Below, piece after piece: positions 36,711 through 45,908 of a stretch of DNA of 64,000 nucleotides. The notes below the pieces were generated by a model. It had not been told where the DNA came from. It saw only the letters and a list, made by a program, of their open reading frames with translations, and ran no database searches. The stretch is taken from the NCBI GenBank assembly GCA_043827405.1, contig JBDRPD010000083.1, positions 13,572 through 77,571 of the forward strand. The letters are read 5' to 3'. This DNA is from Elusimicrobiota bacterium. Its GTDB lineage: Bacteria; Elusimicrobiota; Elusimicrobia; UBA1565. The translations under genes were made by a program, and so were the position numbers. The first letter of the stretch is position 1; each line of letters opens with the position of its first letter.

Positions 36711-37999
36711 GCCTCGTTGTGATGGTCGCACTGCTGTCGATGTTTCAGGCGGCCGCGCTGTGGGGCGCTTATCCCCGGCGGCGGCGGGCATCCAGCATCG
36801 CCGCGGGCCTCGCCGTTGTCTTCTGGGTGCTGGGCTTCGCTTTTGTCGGCGGCGCCTATGCGGCGCCTTGGGTGCTGGCGGGACTGCTCAGCATCGGAAC
36901 CTGCTATTATGCCTCCTATGTGGTCGGGCGCAACAGCGACGAATACGACCGCCTGGATGCCGCGCTCGAACAGCGGCAAAAGAGCCGTTTGGAGCTGCGC
37001 AGCAAAGTCAGCGCGGCGCGTGCCCGTATTCAAAAAATCGAGACCGAGCAGCGCGAGGTCACGGCGCTTTACAGCATGATCAAGGGATTGTCGGAGGCGC
37101 TGTCGTGGGAGGAGATGCGCCCCAAGCTGGAGATCGCGATCCAGCAGTACCTCGGGGTCGAATCCTTCGCGCTCTATGTCGAAGAGGATGGAAAGATGCG
37201 GCTGATCGCCGCCCGCAAGATGAGCGCTTCCGTCGGCGCCGCCTGGGGAACCTTCGAGCGCTTTTTGCAGGAGCATAAGATTCCCGTGCGCGTGCCTCAT
37301 GTCTTCGACTTTACGGAGCAGGCCGTCGGCGTGCCGATCTTTGAGAACGAGAAGCTCTCCGGCTATTTCTATGTCCGCGCGCCCGAGAAGACCGACGCGG
37401 TGGGGCTGCTGGCGAAGTGCGAGAACTTCGTCGAGGAGATATCTTTCGCTTTCCGGCGGGTGCGGCTGTTCCAAGAGGTCGAGCGCTATTCCGTGACCGA
37501 CGGCCTCACCGGGCTTTACCGCCGGGGCGAGCTGGACCGCAAGCTGCAGGAAGAGGTCATCCGCGGCCGCACTTTCAAGACCACGTTCTGTCTAATGCTG
37601 CTCGACATCGACCACTTTAAATCATTGAATGACAAGTACGGGCATCCTTTTGGGGACCAGGTGCTCGCCCGCATCGGGCAGGTGCTGCGCGACAGCTTCT
37701 ATGAGACCGATTTCGTCGCGCGCTATGGGGGCGAGGAGTTCGCGGTGCTGATGCCGCGTGCCCAGATGGACGGGGTTTTGCGCAAGGCGGAGTCGGTGCG
37801 CCATGCCGTTGCCGCCGAGACCTTCGAGATCGCGATGCAGAAGCTGCGGGTGACGATGTCTATCGGCATCGCGCACTTCCCGCGCGACGGGGAGTCCGCC
37901 GAGGCCGTGCTGCGGCAGGCGGACCAGGCGCTGTACTACGCTAAAGAGAATGGACGCAACCGGACGGTGGATATTTCGCAGACGCGGGGCGACAAATGA
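36707..37999 (+). CDS. Membrane-anchored GGDEF diguanylate cyclase
   Basis: N-terminal TMs, TDGLTGLY, DIDHFKSLNDKYGH, YGGEEF, ADQALYYAK. Confidence 0.9.
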   Translation: MSLVVMVALLSMFQAAALWGAYPRRRRASSIAAGLAVVFWVLGFAFVGGAYAAPWVLAGLLSIGTCYYASYVVGRNSDEYDRLDAALEQRQKSRLELRSKVSAARARIQKIETEQREVTALYSMIKGLSEALSWEEMRPKLEIAIQQYLGVESFALYVEEDGKMRLIAARKMSASVGAAWGTFERFLQEHKIPVRVPHVFDFTEQAVGVPIFENEKLSGYFYVRAPEKTDAVGLLAKCENFVEEISFAFRRVRLFQEVERYSVTDGLTGLYRRGELDRKLQEEVIRGRTFKTTFCLMLLDIDHFKSLNDKYGHPFGDQVLARIGQVLRDSFYETDFVARYGGEEFAVLMPRAQMDGVLRKAESVRHAVAAETFEIAMQKLRVTMSIGIAHFPRDGESAEAVLRQADQALYYAKENGRNRTVDISQTRGDK

Positions 38000-39156
38000 A
38001 CGAAGAAGAATTTCCCAAGGACGAAACTGAAAAAACTCCCGACGCGGCGGCGGACACCGCCGCCGCGGCCGCAAAAGAAAGCGGCCCCGATGAAGCCGGG
38101 GCGCGAGGGGAGAACGACCGGCGCGCCGAGCCTGAAAAGCCGCCGGAGCCCCGGCTGATGAATCGCCGCGCTTCGGACCTGCATCCCATCAAGCGCCGGC
38201 TGGTGATGTCTCTGGTGGGGCTCTACGCCGTCTCGGTGATCGCGGCGGCGGCGGTGCTGTGGCGCTCACAGAGCATGCGCTCCGGCGGCGACGGCAAGGG
38301 CATCGACCTTAAGCCGGTCGCCGGCATGCTCGCGAACAAGGATGCCGTCGGCATGCTGACGATCAGCGGTCCGATCTACCGCTCCGAGGGCGGGCGCATG
38401 TTCGAGCGCGGCGTTCAGCAGTGGGGGCGCCACATCGAGAAGCTGGCCAAGAAGAAGGAGGTCAAGGCGATCGTCATCAGCATCAACTCCCCGGGCGGCA
38501 GCGTGGGGGCGGTGCAGGAGCTCTACGATACGATCCTGCGGGTGAAGAAGGAGCATAAGAAGCCGGTGGTGGCCCATCTGGGCGACGTCGCGGCTTCCGG
38601 CGGCTACTACTTGGCCATTACCTGCGACCATATCGTGGCGCATCCGGGGACTTTGCTCGGCTCGATCGGCGTCATCTTCAGCAACGTGAACGTCGAGGGC
38701 CTGCTCACGAAGGTCGGCATCAAGTCGCGGGTCATCAAGTCGGGCAAGATGAAGGATATCGGCTCGATGTCCCGGCCGATGACGGAAGAGGAGCGCGCGC
38801 TGATGCAGGAGCTTATCGACAACGCGTACGCGCAGTTTCTCGGCGCCGTGGTCAAGGGGCGCAAGCAGCCGGCCAGCAAGATCCGGCCGCTGGCCGACGG
38901 CCGTATCTTCACCGGCCAGCAGGCGCTGGAGCTCGGCCTCATCGACAGCCTCGGGGACTCGCATGCGGCGGTTATGCTGGCGGCCAAGCTGGGCGGCATC
39001 AAGGACGCTGAACCCCGGATCATCCGCGGCTCCGACGGCCTCTCGAACTTTATGGAGCTGCTGGACTCGCGTTGGGGCGGCCTGTTCTCTGCCCGGAGCG
39101 CGGCGCTGCAGGAGTTCAAGCAGTGGGGCTACCATGGGCTGGAGTACCGCTGGTGA
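37996..39156 (+). CDS. sppA: Signal peptide peptidase SppA (S49, 36K type)
   Basis: INSPGGSVG, AASGGYY, GSIGV, KSGKMKD, DGRIFTGQQALELGLID. Confidence 0.93.
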   Translation: MNEEEFPKDETEKTPDAAADTAAAAAKESGPDEAGARGENDRRAEPEKPPEPRLMNRRASDLHPIKRRLVMSLVGLYAVSVIAAAAVLWRSQSMRSGGDGKGIDLKPVAGMLANKDAVGMLTISGPIYRSEGGRMFERGVQQWGRHIEKLAKKKEVKAIVISINSPGGSVGAVQELYDTILRVKKEHKKPVVAHLGDVAASGGYYLAITCDHIVAHPGTLLGSIGVIFSNVNVEGLLTKVGIKSRVIKSGKMKDIGSMSRPMTEEERALMQELIDNAYAQFLGAVVKGRKQPASKIRPLADGRIFTGQQALELGLIDSLGDSHAAVMLAAKLGGIKDAEPRIIRGSDGLSNFMELLDSRWGGLFSARSAALQEFKQWGYHGLEYRW

Positions 39157-39743
39157 CTACCGTCAGCGAGAGCATCGGCGTCTTCTACGACTTTATCGAA
39201 GACCCGCCGCGCGCGGCGGAGGCCGCGCGCCGGGATGCGCCGCTGACTTTGGGTATCGGCGCCTACCTGCTGTCGGCGCTCAGCCTGTTTTTGGCGCAGG
39301 CGATCTCGGGCAAGACCGGCCTGTTCGGGCTGACCTGGATGTCGATCAGCTTCGTTACCGTATGGAGCGTCGGCATGGGCATCCTGCAGACCGGGCTGGT
39401 GCACGTGGTGGCGGAGGTTTGCGGCGGAAAGGGGCGGGCGGTGTCGCTGTTTGTGATGCTGGGTCTCAGCGAGCTCGCTTGGGCGCTGGTCCTGCCCGGC
39501 GTCCTGGTGGTCCAGGCCTTCTTCCCCGATTCGAGATGGGGTTTGCCCGTGGTGTCCTTCTTCGTCAGCGTAATCTGCATTTTTCTCAAGGTTCGCTGCA
39601 TTCGTCTCAACTACCGCTTCGGCTCGCTGCAGGCCTGGTTCTCGATTCTGTTCCCGTACCTGGCGGTCGCCGCCGCCTGCGCCTTCATATTCCTGGCGGC
39701 GATATGGGATCTGGTGCGCGGCCTTAAAGGCCTGATGCTGTGA
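39153..39743 (+). CDS. Yip1-like multi-TM membrane protein
   Basis: About five hydrophobic helices; GTGA-coupled on both sides. Start GTG 39153. Confidence 0.6.
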   Translation: MTTVSESIGVFYDFIEDPPRAAEAARRDAPLTLGIGAYLLSALSLFLAQAISGKTGLFGLTWMSISFVTVWSVGMGILQTGLVHVVAEVCGGKGRAVSLFVMLGLSELAWALVLPGVLVVQAFFPDSRWGLPVVSFFVSVICIFLKVRCIRLNYRFGSLQAWFSILFPYLAVAAACAFIFLAAIWDLVRGLKGLML

Positions 39744-40483
39744 AGGAAGCGATTCCCGAGGAGTATCAGGGCTATCCAGTCGTCACTCCGAAGATGATGC
39801 AGGAGATCGACCGGCGGGCGATCGAGGAGTACGGCATCCCCTCGCTTGAGCTGATGGAAAGCGCCGGGCGGGCCATCGCCGATGAGACGATCAAGTATCT
39901 CAAGAAGCACTCGACCATGCCGGTCGAGGATACCATGGTGACCGTCTGCTGCGGCCGCGGCAATAACGGCGGCGACGGACTGGTGGTCGCGCGCTATCTG
40001 AAAGAGGCGGGCTACGAGGTGCAGGTCTATATCGCGCCTGCCAAGCGCGACCGGCCCTACCCGGACGAGGTGCATAAGAATCTGGGACGCGCCAACGAAG
40101 TCGGCGTTTCGGTGCACCAGGTCTCGGAAGAGCTGGTCGAGCTTGACGTCCGCCTGCGCTCCTCGGCGATCAATATCGACGCTTTGCTCGGCACCGGAGC
40201 CAGCGGCAAGCCCGCCGGCTATACGCACCGCATGGTTCAGCGCTTGATGAAGGCCGGCAAGCCCATTATCTCCGTGGATGTGCCCACCGGCCTTAATCCC
40301 GAGACCGGCTATCACAGCGGCGTGGTCGTAACCGCGGTGATGACCTGCGCCTTGGGCCTGCCCAAATGCGGCCTGCTGGCGACGGCGGCACGCCGCTTCG
40401 TCGGCGAGCTTAAAATTCTGGAGATCGGCTTTCCCGAGGACCTGATCCGTAAGGTCGTCGACGCCGCGGAGCGGATGCGTTGA
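39740..40483 (+). CDS. nnrE: NAD(P)HX epimerase (stand-alone YjeF N-terminal domain)
   Basis: MQEIDRRA, LELMESAG, CGRGNNGGDG, IDALLGTG, SVDVPTG, LEIGFP. Confidence 0.92.
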   Translation: MKEAIPEEYQGYPVVTPKMMQEIDRRAIEEYGIPSLELMESAGRAIADETIKYLKKHSTMPVEDTMVTVCCGRGNNGGDGLVVARYLKEAGYEVQVYIAPAKRDRPYPDEVHKNLGRANEVGVSVHQVSEELVELDVRLRSSAINIDALLGTGASGKPAGYTHRMVQRLMKAGKPIISVDVPTGLNPETGYHSGVVVTAVMTCALGLPKCGLLATAARRFVGELKILEIGFPEDLIRKVVDAAERMR

Positions 40484-41067
40484 TTCGGTTCGCCGCCGTT
40501 CTGCTGGCGGCGGGGCTGGCCGCCTGTGCGCAGACGCCCAAGAAGTCCGCGGCGCTTAAACCCCTGCCGCCTTCCACGTCCGCCGACAGCGGCCGTTTCG
40601 CCGTATTGACAACAAGCCGCGGCGAGATCAGGGTTAAGCTGCTGGCCGACGAAGCGCCGCTGGCGGTCAAGAACTTCACCAGCCTGGCGGCTGGGAAGTC
40701 CAAGCGCCCGTTCTATAACGGCACGCATTTTTTTAAAGTGATCCCCGGCTTCATTATTCAAGGAGGAGATCCGTTAAACACCGGCCAGGGCGGGGCGGGC
40801 TATACGTTCGCCGACGAGTTCTATCCGCGGCGGAAATTCGACCGGGCCGGCCTGGTGGCGCTGGCCAGTTCGGCGCCCGACAGCAATAGCTCGCAGTTTT
40901 TCATCACCTTGGCTCCGGCGCCCTGGCTCGACGGCAAGCACACCATCTTCGGAGAAGTGGTCGAGGGCATGGATGTCGTGGCGGCTATCGCCGCCGCACC
41001 GCTGCGCGGCGACCGTCCGGTCATGCCGCAGGTTCTGCGGACGGTCCGCATCGAGGGGGAAAAGTAG
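40480..41067 (+). CDS. Cyclophilin-type peptidyl-prolyl isomerase, predicted lipoprotein
   Basis: Lipobox LAAC. APLAVKNF, FIIQGGDP, GYTFADE, SQFFIT, WLDGKHTIFGEVVEG. Confidence 0.92.
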   Translation: MIRFAAVLLAAGLAACAQTPKKSAALKPLPPSTSADSGRFAVLTTSRGEIRVKLLADEAPLAVKNFTSLAAGKSKRPFYNGTHFFKVIPGFIIQGGDPLNTGQGGAGYTFADEFYPRRKFDRAGLVALASSAPDSNSSQFFITLAPAPWLDGKHTIFGEVVEGMDVVAAIAAAPLRGDRPVMPQVLRTVRIEGEK

Positions 41068-41080
41068 AGTGCGGCGGATC

Positions 41081-41767
41081 ATGGACGGGCTTTACCGGCT
41101 GGAATCGGGAGGGTTCGTCAACTCCTATTTGATCGAAGGCGTCTCCGATCTGACTCTGGTCGACAGCGGGCATTCGCGCGCGGCGCGAGCGCTGCTGGGT
41201 GAGCTCAAAGACAACGGTTTCCAGGTCCGCGACATCGGCCGCGTTGTGCTGACCCACACCCACGCCGATCATGTCGGCGGGCTGGCGGCGCTTCTGGACC
41301 GGCATCCGGTTAAAATATTCGCCCACCCCAAAGAGATCCCCATTCTGCAGGGCAAGCAGCTGGCCAAGCCTCTCAAGGGTATCCGGGGATTTATCTCCGA
41401 ATTTGTGCAGGAGCATTGGTTTCCCTGGCCTCCGGTAGAGGCGGTATTTCCGCTGGAGCCGGGCAGCCCGGTGCGCGGGCTGTCGCAGTGGCAGGTTCTG
41501 CTTACGCCCGGACATACCGCGGGCTCGGTGAGCCTGTTTAATCCCGCCAAGCAGGTGCTGATATGCGGCGATTCGATCAGTAATCTCCGGGGACGCCTGC
41601 AGCTGCCTGCCGCCTGCTACAATGCCAGCAACTCGGCCCTGCGCCGCACCATCGAGGAGCTCGCCAAGCTCGATACCGACATCCTATGTCCGGGCCATGG
41701 TCCGGTTCTGCGCGGGGGCGCCTTCCGCTACATCGAGGCGCTGCAGGCCCGGCGGCGCAGCAGCTAG
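41081..41767 (+). CDS. MBL-fold metallo-hydrolase
   Basis: THTHADHVG (HxHxDH), TPGHTAG, ICGD, CPGHG. ATG 41081. Confidence 0.88.
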   Translation: MDGLYRLESGGFVNSYLIEGVSDLTLVDSGHSRAARALLGELKDNGFQVRDIGRVVLTHTHADHVGGLAALLDRHPVKIFAHPKEIPILQGKQLAKPLKGIRGFISEFVQEHWFPWPPVEAVFPLEPGSPVRGLSQWQVLLTPGHTAGSVSLFNPAKQVLICGDSISNLRGRLQLPAACYNASNSALRRTIEELAKLDTDILCPGHGPVLRGGAFRYIEALQARRRSS

Positions 41768-41771
41768 CCGG

Positions 41772-43073
41772 CTATTCGGCCAAGTAGTCGCGGATGTCGG
41801 CGGCGCGAAACCAAGCCCACACCCAGGCAGCATAACCCCACTCAAAAAGCTTGCCGCGGAGCTTGAGCCAGGCGGTGGGCTCATGCGGCCTGACGGGGAA
41901 GGTCAGCGCCTGGACGGCGGCGGGATCGGGCGAGACCACCTGGTAGCCTTCAAGGAAGCTCTCGCGCACCACTTCGGGAGAGGGGGTCAAGGTGAACTGG
42001 AAGGCCTCAATTACGTCGAGCTTGTTCTCAACCCAGGTGCGATCCAGGACTTCAGTGAACGGCATAATGGCGTCGAGGCTGCCGTCCTGGGTTACGAGCT
42101 GATAGTCGATATCGCTTTTGGGGGTGGATTCGCCGATGGCGTAGCTGCCCAGCAGGATTAAAGCGACGATCTTTTTGCCCTGCGGCAGGCGCACATTCAC
42201 TTCGAGGATGGATTTGTTGACCGCTTCTTTAAATGAGGCGACGACCGCCGCTTGTTTTTCGGCGCGATGGCGCTCGACTTTTTCCACCTCCGCGCGGCCG
42301 AGCTTGGCCTCGATGTAGGCTTTGACTTCCCGCGGCGTCTTGGTTACGGTCTCAAAGAAGATGCCGAAGGCATGCTTGCGGTAATTGCTCGGGCGCAGCG
42401 GCGAGACGTACGCGTCGACGCGATCGAGGTAGTTGTGGAAGGCCTTGCGCGTTTCGGGATCCTGGGGGAAATACTTATCGTAGACCTTTTCGGCTTCGCG
42501 GCGTACCGTCTTGCGGTCGGCGGTGGTAAAACCCGCGGTCTGTACGCCGCCGGTATAGCCCTTCACCCGCCAGGCGGTCCACATGCCCTCGAGATCGGCT
42601 ACCGCGCGTTCCTTGCCCTTGGTTTCGAGCTCCTGTTCCTTGACCCACTGGCGCAGCAAAGCTACCCGCGAGCCGAAGAAGAACTTGAAGGTCTCCCACT
42701 GGGCGCGGCGGTACTGCGTCTTGGCCTGCGAGGAGGGAGCGGCGTTGGTCCAGAGTACGGGATGGCCGGCGACCTCTTCTTTGGCCGGGGCCGCGAAGGC
42801 GATGCTTTTGTCCGCATTCTGTATTTTCATCGCGGGGAGAGCGCTGTTCAGCGTGGGCGACGGAGTAAGGACGGAAGGTAGAGCGAGGCCGGTTCCCGGC
42901 TGGAGCGCGGAGGCGGTTACCGAAATGCTGATATGTGTCGGTACGGCGCCGGCCACCGCGGCATTGGCCGCGCCGCCGGGATGGAGGACCGGGCGGACGG
43001 CGTTAACGGCGGCGGAAGAAAAGTTGGGAAACGCTACGGTGAGGGAGGCTAGGAGCGACAGCAGTCGTTTCAT
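41772..43073 (-). CDS. Exported hypothetical protein with a C-terminal nucleotidyltransferase-like domain
   Basis: Signal peptide and an Ala/Pro/Ser-rich linker. LILLGSYAIGESTPKSDIDY matches the pol-beta NTase GS...DxD signature. Confidence 0.6.
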   Translation of the reverse strand: MKRLLSLLASLTVAFPNFSSAAVNAVRPVLHPGGAANAAVAGAVPTHISISVTASALQPGTGLALPSVLTPSPTLNSALPAMKIQNADKSIAFAAPAKEEVAGHPVLWTNAAPSSQAKTQYRRAQWETFKFFFGSRVALLRQWVKEQELETKGKERAVADLEGMWTAWRVKGYTGGVQTAGFTTADRKTVRREAEKVYDKYFPQDPETRKAFHNYLDRVDAYVSPLRPSNYRKHAFGIFFETVTKTPREVKAYIEAKLGRAEVEKVERHRAEKQAAVVASFKEAVNKSILEVNVRLPQGKKIVALILLGSYAIGESTPKSDIDYQLVTQDGSLDAIMPFTEVLDRTWVENKLDVIEAFQFTLTPSPEVVRESFLEGYQVVSPDPAAVQALTFPVRPHEPTAWLKLRGKLFEWGYAAWVWAWFRAADIRDYLAE

Positions 43074-43257
43074 AATCCTAATTCTAACAAGGACTCTGAT
43101 TTTGACCTAGGAGCATAAGTCACAGCGCGCGCGTGCCATTGGTCCTAGACGCGTCTGTTCACATATTGATCCCTAGCATCCCTGGGGGATTGGGGCTATA
43201 ATGGGACGGAAAAGCGGAGGCTAAAGCAGATGTTTCGATCACGCAGGAGCGGGGTTA

Positions 43258-44448
43258 ATGGCAATTAAAGCTGTTTTCTGGACTTTGGTTGTCGGCGTAG
43301 AACTTTTGGGTTTTGTTTTTTGGGGCTGGTGGAGTATTTTAATTATTAATGGCGGAATCATCGTTTTGGAGTTTTTGCTAACAGACAACCTGGATAATTT
43401 TCTGCAAGAAAGCAATTTGAATGTCAAAAAGATTCCCAAGTTGTTGATTGAACGAAAGTATGAGTTTCAGAATTCGGAAGAGAAAATAAACTGGAAGCAC
43501 GACGCCGAGCTTGGGTGGAGGCTGAAGCCTAATACGCGGCTCGCAATGAATATCGCAATTCCTGAACTTGGGTTGAGGCATTCCCTAGTCTATAACACGA
43601 TTGAAAACGGTTCGCGCCGAACATCTTCGGCGTCTGCCGAGAGCAAAAAACATTGTCCGGTTATTTCCATTTTAGGATGTTCCAACACTTACGGGCACTC
43701 CTTAAATGACGAAGAGACCTATGCGTGGCTTCTGCAGGAGCAGTTTCCAGAGAAACGGGTTATTAATTATGGCGTTGCCGGGTACTCCCTGTATCAATGT
43801 CTTTTGGTTTTAGAAAAAACGATCAAAGAGGACGGCCCGGAAGTCGTAGTGATCGGATTCCATCCCGATTTAGGGTGGCGAAATACCAGCTCTTTTGCCT
43901 GGGCTCACCGGATCAATGATACGTGGCGGATCCCTTCTTGCGTTTCCCGTAAGGGTAAACTGCATCGTTATCCCCCTCGGGGTTACGTGGGATTGCCTTA
44001 CTCCGGGTTCCGGGTCGCGAAATCGTTGGAGCTCTACATGAATCGGCTGTTGTTTTGGAGGCGCGGTCAGAAGGCCGTGATTCAGAAAACGATGGAGCAT
44101 TTGCTCCTACAGATGAGAGCCCTTTGTGAAAGGCATGGAGCGAAATTGATCGTGGCGTGTCTCGATGAATCAAGGATGTATTACGACTTTCTTAATAAAA
44201 ATGGTTTTTCATGGTGCGTGACCGGGGTGGACACCAACGAGCTGACCAAGGATGGACGGTTCCGGTGGATTCTTTATCCTTTTGACAACCATCCGAATCA
44301 GGACGCCCATCGACGCTATGCCGAGGTGATCGGAGAAGCCGCCGGAGATGTCTTGGCCGGAAGGCGTTGTTCTATCCGGCCCGAACTGCTGCGAGGCGGC
44401 GGTTTTGAAACAAAAGATGCGGGTGCGTACATTTATCCAATTTTTTGA
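43258..44448 (+). CDS. Membrane-anchored SGNH/GDSL hydrolase-family protein
   Basis: N-terminal TM, ILGCSNTYG (block I), NYGVAGY (block II), FDNHPN (block V DxH). Confidence 0.78.
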   Translation: MAIKAVFWTLVVGVELLGFVFWGWWSILIINGGIIVLEFLLTDNLDNFLQESNLNVKKIPKLLIERKYEFQNSEEKINWKHDAELGWRLKPNTRLAMNIAIPELGLRHSLVYNTIENGSRRTSSASAESKKHCPVISILGCSNTYGHSLNDEETYAWLLQEQFPEKRVINYGVAGYSLYQCLLVLEKTIKEDGPEVVVIGFHPDLGWRNTSSFAWAHRINDTWRIPSCVSRKGKLHRYPPRGYVGLPYSGFRVAKSLELYMNRLLFWRRGQKAVIQKTMEHLLLQMRALCERHGAKLIVACLDESRMYYDFLNKNGFSWCVTGVDTNELTKDGRFRWILYPFDNHPNQDAHRRYAEVIGEAAGDVLAGRRCSIRPELLRGGGFETKDAGAYIYPIF

Positions 44449-44503
44449 GACAGAAATTCATAAGACAGCCAGGAGCCGTTAGCGAACGAAACAGGCGGAG
44501 ATT

Positions 44504-45217
44504 ATGACAGGGAGCGAAGAGTCGGCGTATTTGGAGCGCAATCAGGCGTATTGGCGACGAGGTTACAAGGGGTACGCCGACGAGCATATCGAAAGTTTTG
44601 TTTTTCGTCCTTACGGCAGAATCATCGAAAAGGAGCTCGGCGACCGCGGCGCTGGGCCGCGAAAGCTTTTGGATTTCGGCTGCGGGGCAGGCGCCCCCGC
44701 GCGATTTTTCCTATCTAAAGGGTTCGCTGTCTACGGGGTCGATATCTCGGAAGCGAATATTGAATGCTGCAAGCGGCGGATGCCCGAGATCGCCGACCAT
44801 TTCGCGGTCATCGACGCCGCTCCCGATGCGGGCGGAAATTTTTGGGACGGCGATTATGATCTGGTGGTCGCTATCCAATCTCTATACTATTTCTCCAACA
44901 AAGATTTGAGAGTCGCGCTGAACTCGATGCATCGCCAAATGAAGCCGGGAGCGCTGATTTATGCCACGATGATCGGGACCAAATGTTGGTGTTTCGAGCA
45001 TTCCGCGTCCATGAAAGACGGCTTAAGAAGGTTCGAAGTGAAGAATGAGCGAAGTCAGATTGACTATCATTACGTGAATTTCGTTGAGGATGAAAATGAG
45101 TTATGCGCGAAGTTCGATATGTTTAGGAAGCTGCATGTCGGATTTCATTCGGAGCGTTTCAGGGAAGACGAGGGAATAGATTTCCACTATACCTACGTGG
45201 GAAAAAAGGACGGTTAG
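44504..45217 (+). CDS. Class I SAM-dependent methyltransferase
   Basis: LLDFGCGAG, GVDISE, YDLVVAIQSLYY. Confidence 0.88.
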   Translation: MTGSEESAYLERNQAYWRRGYKGYADEHIESFVFRPYGRIIEKELGDRGAGPRKLLDFGCGAGAPARFFLSKGFAVYGVDISEANIECCKRRMPEIADHFAVIDAAPDAGGNFWDGDYDLVVAIQSLYYFSNKDLRVALNSMHRQMKPGALIYATMIGTKCWCFEHSASMKDGLRRFEVKNERSQIDYHYVNFVEDENELCAKFDMFRKLHVGFHSERFREDEGIDFHYTYVGKKDG

Positions 45218-45239
45218 GCCGCGACCTCGAAAATCCTCC

Positions 45240-45908
45240 CTACAGGCCGGACATCTGAGCGAAGGTGCCGCTGTCGATATCTAGCGGCTTTTTCTGTTCC
45301 TGAATGTAGACTTTTTCGTCCCTTGTCGATTTTGCCACGAGAGCGCCGGCACCGATAAAATTCCTTTTGCCCACTTTGACGTCATGCGTGATGGTGGCGT
45401 TCATGCCGAGAAAACTCCCCCGCCCAATGACGGCATCACCGCCGATAGCGATCTGGGATGATATCCATACGTGATCTTCGATGACGGTTCGGTCGCCGAT
45501 GTGATTGCCCGACCACATCACGACGTTGTTGCCGATCTTGACGTCGAGATTTATCGTCTGCCGATCCAGAATAAAGCAGTTCTCACCCACGTCGATATCT
45601 TCGATGCGGAAGATATCGGAGGCGACGTAGCTGATAAGGGAATATCCCTTTGCTTTGGCTTCTTCGTATTTTCTTATGCGCAGCTCGTTGAATCCTTGAA
45701 ATCCCAAAAGGATGAACATCCTGTATTGGTCGGGAGGGAATTTTTTATCGAGATCGGAAAAGTCCGCAACCGGCAGGCCGTGATATTCGCGGTTGCCTTC
45801 GGGCTTGTCGACGGCAAATGCGACGATTTCATGGTCCGTGTCCTTGGAGAGATAGCGAAAAGCGGTATCGGCGCCGCCGCCCGCCCCGAAAATGATCACT
45901 TTGCTCAT
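45240..45908 (-). CDS. PglD/NeuD-type hexapeptide-repeat acetyltransferase
   Basis: IIFGAGG, hexapeptide repeats IDVGENCFI, KIGNNVVMWSGNHIG, VIEDHVWI. Confidence 0.88.
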   Translation of the reverse strand: MSKVIIFGAGGGADTAFRYLSKDTDHEIVAFAVDKPEGNREYHGLPVADFSDLDKKFPPDQYRMFILLGFQGFNELRIRKYEEAKAKGYSLISYVASDIFRIEDIDVGENCFILDRQTINLDVKIGNNVVMWSGNHIGDRTVIEDHVWISSQIAIGGDAVIGRGSFLGMNATITHDVKVGKRNFIGAGALVAKSTRDEKVYIQEQKKPLDIDSGTFAQMSGL

